A DNA stretch of 64,000 nt from Bacteroidales bacterium (GTDB lineage Bacteria > Bacteroidota > Bacteroidia > Bacteroidales > UBA932): the NCBI GenBank assembly GCA_017616655.1, contig JAFZXU010000058.1, positions 9,088-73,087 on the forward strand. The letters are read 5' to 3'. Below the pieces are notes generated by a model. It searched no databases. It had not been told where the DNA came from and worked only from the letters and a program-made list of their open reading frames with translations. A program made the position numbers and the translations under genes. This document shows, piece by piece, positions 59,526 to 64,000 of this stretch; within the stretch, counting starts at the first letter, position 1, and every line of letters begins with the position of its first letter.

Positions 59526-60743
59526 ATGATCGTACTTGTATTGAATTGCGGCAGCTCTTCCCTTAAGTATCAGGTTCTTGACATGAAGAGCGAAAAAGAA
59601 TTCGACCTTCTCGCAAAAGGTCTTGTCGAGCGCATCGGCGAAAAGATGGGCGCACTCACCCACCGCGTCCCCGGCCAGGACAAACACGTCGTCGAGATGC
59701 CCATCCCCGACCACACCGTCGGCATCAAGGCAGTCCTCGAACTCCTTGTTTCCAAGGAGCATGGCGTGCTCGAATCCCTCAGCCAGATAGATGCTGTCGG
59801 CCATCGCGTGGCTCACGGCGGCGAATACTTCAAGGGCAGCGCCTTCGTGGATGCAAAGGCATACGAAGAAATCGAGAAACTCTGCGTCCTCGCACCGCTC
59901 CACAATCCCGCCAACCTGCTCGGCGTCAAGGCCGTGAACGAGCTTATGCCCGGCACCCCCAACGTCACCGTATTCGACACCGCTTTCCATCAGACCGTGC
60001 CCGACTACGCTTACACCTACGCAATTCCCTACGAATATTATAAGAAGTATGCAGTCCGCCGCTACGGCTTCCACGGCACCAGCCACAAGTTCGTGGCGGC
60101 ACGCGGCGCCGAGTTCGCAGGCATCGACCTGGAGAACTCCAGGATCATCACCTGCCACCTCGGAAACGGCAGTTCCATCTCCGCGGTGAAGGACGGAAGG
60201 TGCATCGACACCTCCATGGGCTTCACCCCGCAGGAGGGCGTCCCCATGGGTACCCGCAGCGGCAGCATCGACACCACCATCATCCCCTTCCTCGCAGCTA
60301 AGGAGAACATGACCCCCGCGCAGATGGAGAAGATGCTCAACAAGCAGAGCGGACTTCTCGGAATCTCCGGAGTTTCGTCCGACTGCCGTGACATCGAAGA
60401 GGCTGCGAAAGCCGGCAATCCCCGCGCTTCCCTCGCCCTCAACATCCTCTGCTACAGCATCAAGAAGTACATCGGCGCATACAGCGCAGCCCTCGGCGGA
60501 GTCGACCTGATCGTCTTCACCGGCGGCATCGGCGAGAACTCCGCGCCCACCCGCCGCGACTCCTGCGACGGCCTCGAGTATCTCGGCATCAAGATCGACA
60601 ACGAGATCAACGACGCCACCCACGGAAAGGACACCATCATCTCCACCCCCGACTCCAAGGTCAAGGTCTGCGTCATCGCTACCAACGAGGAGCTGATGAT
60701 CGCCCGCGACACAATGAACATAGTAAAGAACCTCAAAAAATAA
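59526..60743 (+). CDS. ackA: acetate kinase
   Basis: MIVLVLNCGSSSLKYQVLDM, AVGHRVAHGG, FDTAFHQT, YGFHGTSH. Confidence 0.95.
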   Translation: MIVLVLNCGSSSLKYQVLDMKSEKEFDLLAKGLVERIGEKMGALTHRVPGQDKHVVEMPIPDHTVGIKAVLELLVSKEHGVLESLSQIDAVGHRVAHGGEYFKGSAFVDAKAYEEIEKLCVLAPLHNPANLLGVKAVNELMPGTPNVTVFDTAFHQTVPDYAYTYAIPYEYYKKYAVRRYGFHGTSHKFVAARGAEFAGIDLENSRIITCHLGNGSSISAVKDGRCIDTSMGFTPQEGVPMGTRSGSIDTTIIPFLAAKENMTPAQMEKMLNKQSGLLGISGVSSDCRDIEEAAKAGNPRASLALNILCYSIKKYIGAYSAALGGVDLIVFTGGIGENSAPTRRDSCDGLEYLGIKIDNEINDATHGKDTIISTPDSKVKVCVIATNEELMIARDTMNIVKNLKK

Positions 60744-60751
60744 ACAGACAA

Positions 60752-61654
60752 ATGATTACCAATTTCGAAGAAGTTTTTGAAGTGCTCCGTTCGAAGAGCA
60801 AGAAGCGCCTCGTAGCAGCGTGGGCAGTAGATGACCACACAGTAACCGCAGCCGGCAAGGCAGTACAGCTCGGCATCGTCGAGGCCACCCTCGTAGGTGA
60901 CAAGGACAAGATCCTCGCAGTATGCGAGGCTGAGAAACTCGATCCGGCCCTCTTCACCATCATCGACAACAAGGACGAACTCAAGTCCATCGCACAGGCA
61001 GTGGCGATGGTAAAGAACGGCGAAGGCGACATCCTGATGAAGGGCCTTTGCAGCACCGACAAATATATGCGCGGCATCCTCAACAAGGAGAACGGCCTGC
61101 TTCCTCCCAAGGCAGTCCTGAGCCACGTCTCCGTGATTCAGAACCCCAACTACCACAAGCTCCTGATCATCGCCGACATGGCAGTGATCCCCGCTCCCGA
61201 CTTCAAGCAGAAGCAGGCTGAGGTCAAGTACCTGGTCAAGACCGCGAAGGCACTCGGAATCGAGAAGCCGAAGGTAGCCGCAGTCGCAGCTACCGAGCAG
61301 ATGCTCGACGGTATGCCCGCCTGCGTGGAGGCCGCCCTCCTGGCCAAGATGTCCGACCGCGGACAGATCGCAGGATGCGTCCTCGACGGCCCTCTCGCCC
61401 TCGACGTAGCCCTCTCCAAGGAGGCCGTTGCAATCAAGAAGCTCAAGAGCGAAGTGGCCGGCGACGCCGACTGCCTCCTCTTCCCCAACATCGAATCGGC
61501 AAACGTCTTCTACAAGACCAACACCCAGTTGTGCCCCGGTGTCCGCACTGCAGCCATCGTAGCCGGAGCAACCGCGCCCTGCGTCCTCTCCAGCCGCGCC
61601 GACAGCATCGACACCAAGCTCAACTCCATCGCCCTCGCCGCCCTCACGGCATAA
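60752..61654 (+). CDS. phosphate acyltransferase of the phosphate butyryltransferase (Ptb) type
   Basis: 300 aa. Colinear with clostridial Ptb as I remember it (KMSDRGQI.GCV.DGPLALD.ALS.EAA, FPNIE..NV.YKT, SRADS...K.NSIALAAL). Confidence 0.75.
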   Translation: MITNFEEVFEVLRSKSKKRLVAAWAVDDHTVTAAGKAVQLGIVEATLVGDKDKILAVCEAEKLDPALFTIIDNKDELKSIAQAVAMVKNGEGDILMKGLCSTDKYMRGILNKENGLLPPKAVLSHVSVIQNPNYHKLLIIADMAVIPAPDFKQKQAEVKYLVKTAKALGIEKPKVAAVAATEQMLDGMPACVEAALLAKMSDRGQIAGCVLDGPLALDVALSKEAVAIKKLKSEVAGDADCLLFPNIESANVFYKTNTQLCPGVRTAAIVAGATAPCVLSSRADSIDTKLNSIALAALTA

Positions 61655-61658
61655 GCGG

Positions 61659-63032
61659 ATGGCAGAGCAGATACCCCTCGAGCTCGGAACGGAGCCGGTA
61701 GGAAAGCTCCTGAAGAAATACGCCTTTCCGGCCATCATAGCGATGACGGCGTCGTCGCTGTACAACATGGTGGACAGTATCTTCATCGGGCAGGGATGCG
61801 GCCCCATGGCCATTTCCGGCCTGGCGCTCACCTTCCCGCTGATGAATCTCTCCGCCGCCTTCGGCACCCTTGTCGGAGTCGGCGGAGCCACCTTGATTTC
61901 GGTGCTCCTGGGGCAGAAGAACTACGACACGGCGAAGAAGGTGCTGGGCAACGTATTCCTGCTCAACATCCTCATCGGACTGGTGTTCGCCACCGTTTCC
62001 CTCACCTTCCTCAACCCGATCCTGACCTTCTTCGGAGCCAGCGAGGCTACCCTCCCCTACGCCCGCTCCTATATGATTCCCATCCTGCTGGGAAACATCA
62101 TAACGCACCTCTACTTCGGCCTCAACTCCATTGTGAGGGTGGAGGGATATCCCCAGAAGGCGATGCTCGCCACCATTCTTACGGTGACCCTCAACACCGC
62201 CCTCGACCCCATTTTCATCTTCGTCCTGAAGATGGGAATCCAGGGTGCAGCAATCGCCACGGTCATATCGCAGTGCGTGGCGCTGATATGGATAATGCGC
62301 ATTATCTGCGACAAGAACGAGTTCCTGCACCTCGACTGGAGCAAACTGAAGATTGACTGGGCGATAGCAGGACGCTCCATCTCCATCGGTCTCGCCCCCT
62401 TCCTGATGAACGCGGCCTCCTGCTTCATAGTCATTTTCGTCAACAACCAGCTGAAGCGTTACGGCGGCGACCTCGCCATCGGGGCCTTCGGAATAGTCAA
62501 CCGCATCGTCTTCCTCTTCCTGATGATTGTAATGGGATTCAATCAGGGAATGCAGCCGATTGCGGGATACAACTACGGCGCGAAGCTCTACGACAGGTCC
62601 ATTTCGGTGCTTCACCTGACCATGAAATGTGCCTGCGCCGTCACCACGGCCTGCTTCCTGGTGGGAATGCTCTTCCCCCAGGCGGCGGTCTCCCTCTTCA
62701 CCCGCGACAGCGAACTGATAGGAATCGCATCCCACGGTTTCAGGCTCAACGTCCTGCTGTTCCCCATCGTGGGAAGGCAGATGGTCATCTCGAACTTCTT
62801 CCAGAGCCTCGGCATGGCCAGGAAGGCCATCTTCCTCTCCCTCACCCGACAGCTGCTCTTCCTGTTGCCGGCGCTGATACTGTTTCCGCTCTTTCTCGGA
62901 ACGGACGGCGTCTGGTACAGTTTCCCCTTCTCAGACCTCCTTTCAATAATAGTTGCGGAGATAATGCTCGTCCGGCTCAGGAAGCAGTTCCGCAACAACG
63001 CCATCGAACCCGAAACCGTAGAACAGCCCTGA
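61659..63032 (+). CDS. MATE-family efflux transporter
   Basis: 12-TM protein. N-terminus KLLKKYAFPAIIAMTASSLYNMVDSIFIGQG is typical of MATE. Confidence 0.88.
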   Translation: MAEQIPLELGTEPVGKLLKKYAFPAIIAMTASSLYNMVDSIFIGQGCGPMAISGLALTFPLMNLSAAFGTLVGVGGATLISVLLGQKNYDTAKKVLGNVFLLNILIGLVFATVSLTFLNPILTFFGASEATLPYARSYMIPILLGNIITHLYFGLNSIVRVEGYPQKAMLATILTVTLNTALDPIFIFVLKMGIQGAAIATVISQCVALIWIMRIICDKNEFLHLDWSKLKIDWAIAGRSISIGLAPFLMNAASCFIVIFVNNQLKRYGGDLAIGAFGIVNRIVFLFLMIVMGFNQGMQPIAGYNYGAKLYDRSISVLHLTMKCACAVTTACFLVGMLFPQAAVSLFTRDSELIGIASHGFRLNVLLFPIVGRQMVISNFFQSLGMARKAIFLSLTRQLLFLLPALILFPLFLGTDGVWYSFPFSDLLSIIVAEIMLVRLRKQFRNNAIEPETVEQP

Positions 63033-63033
63033 T

Positions 63034-63660
63034 ATGGAACAGAATTACGTCATCACCATCGGCCGCAGCATAGGCGCAGGCGGTCTTGGCACGGCAAAAG
63101 CCCTTGCCGCCGAGCTCGGCATCAGGATGTACGACAAGAACCTGCTGCTGGAGGTGGCGCGCCAGAGCGGCCTCAGCCCTGAAATCTTCGAAAAGAAAGA
63201 CGAAAAGGCCTCGCGCAGCAAGCTCACCTCCCTCTTCGGATTCCGCTCCCTGCTGCAGGGCAACGGCTCCATCACCACCGACACCATAATGAACGAAGAG
63301 AGTCTCTTCAAGATCCAGAGCCAGGTGATCCGCGACCTCGCTGAGAAGGAGTCCTGCATCATTGTCGGCCGCTGCGCGGACTATATCCTGAGAGACAATC
63401 CCCGCTGCGTCAGCATCTTCATCAACGCATCGCCGGAGCTGCGCGTGAAGCGCCTCGTGAAAGACGGAATGGAGCCAGACGAGGCCCGCAAAAGGATCGA
63501 GACCGGCGACCGCAAGAGGGCCGAATACTACAACTACTACACCTTCAAGAAGTGGGGAGACTCCGCCAGCTACGACCTCTGCATCGACGCGGGCAAACTG
63601 GGTGATGAAGGCACCCTGAAAGTCATACTCGACTATTTGAAAATCAGAAAGATAATCTAG
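63034..63660 (+). CDS. cytidylate-kinase-like family protein
   Basis: ITIGRSIGAGG P-loop variant, about 200 aa, typical Bacteroidota cytidylate-kinase-like protein. Confidence 0.7.
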   Translation: MEQNYVITIGRSIGAGGLGTAKALAAELGIRMYDKNLLLEVARQSGLSPEIFEKKDEKASRSKLTSLFGFRSLLQGNGSITTDTIMNEESLFKIQSQVIRDLAEKESCIIVGRCADYILRDNPRCVSIFINASPELRVKRLVKDGMEPDEARKRIETGDRKRAEYYNYYTFKKWGDSASYDLCIDAGKLGDEGTLKVILDYLKIRKII

Positions 63661-63662
63661 CT

Positions 63663-64000
63663 ATGGCCGACGAAAAAATCATCTTCTCGATGAACGGAGT
63701 GAGCAAGATCCTGCCTCACAACAACAAAGTCATCCTCAAGGACATCTACCTCTCTTTCTTTTACGGCGCCAAGATCGGCATCATAGGCCTCAACGGCGCG
63801 GGAAAGTCCACCCTGATGAAGATTATCGCCGGGCTTGAGACCCCGACACACGGCGAGGTTGTCTTCGCCCCCGGCTACAGCGTGGGCTACCTCGAGCAGG
63901 AGCCGCATCTCGATGATTCCAAGACAGTTATCGAGGTGGTCCGCGAAGGCGTGCAGGAGATAATGGACATGCTCAAGGAGTATGAGGAGATCAGCCTCAA
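63663..64000 (+). CDS. ettA: ABC-F translational throttle protein EttA (5' part, runs off the right edge)
   Basis: MADEKIIFSMNGVSKILPHNNKVILKDIYLSFFYGAKIGIIGLNGAGKSTLMKIIAG... The open frame continues to the window end. Confidence 0.85.
   Translation, partial: MADEKIIFSMNGVSKILPHNNKVILKDIYLSFFYGAKIGIIGLNGAGKSTLMKIIAGLETPTHGEVVFAPGYSVGYLEQEPHLDDSKTVIEVVREGVQEIMDMLKEYEEISL

Noticed and set aside
1-64000. Search for CRISPR arrays, rRNA genes, transposases/IS ends, toxin-antitoxin pairs and known defence systems.
   Set aside because: I found no regularly spaced direct repeats, no 16S/23S-like sequence, no DDE or serine recombinase motifs, and no small paired ORFs with TA-like features. The only large repeats are the intragenic modules at 40748..45202.

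Overview
GC-rich chromosomal segment that reads as Bacteroidota, probably Bacteroidales. The support is a SusC/SusD pair, DUF5683 after parAB, an Nqr operon, TAnnTTTG -7 promoter boxes and almost no Shine-Dalgarno sites. An Alistipes/Rikenellaceae-like origin is only a guess from the GC level. About the first 33 kb is housekeeping: tRNA-Lys, nqrABCDEF, a UvrD-type helicase, ftsK-lolA, rfbCD, parAB-DUF5683-mltD, hpt-adk, obg, hpf-xerC. It also holds an ECF sigma/anti-sigma operon ending in an FGE-domain lipoprotein, and a PAP2-LplA open frame with no stop codon between the two halves. The accessory part is 34.7-57.5 kb: a roughly 23-kb, 14-gene minus-strand SusC/SusD operon. It carries murQ, a BadF-type (MurK-like) kinase, a NagP-like permease, a NagB-PIG-L fusion, two GH20 enzymes and a ceramidase-fold amidohydrolase. 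It also carries two GHL10-like lipoproteins, a lipoprotein with Pei-like architecture (PMBR repeats plus a transglutaminase core), and a 1484-aa lipoprotein built from five ~190-255-aa modules plus a BACON domain. I read this operon as a candidate peptidoglycan/MurNAc utilisation locus; that is an inference. The right end holds rpsU (with a rare strong SD), an RRM RNA-binding protein, comEC, ackA plus a ptb-like gene, a MATE pump, a cytidylate-kinase-like gene and the start of ettA. I saw no CRISPR array, rRNA gene, transposase or recognisable defence system. All family assignments come from motif recognition by eye, not from database searches.
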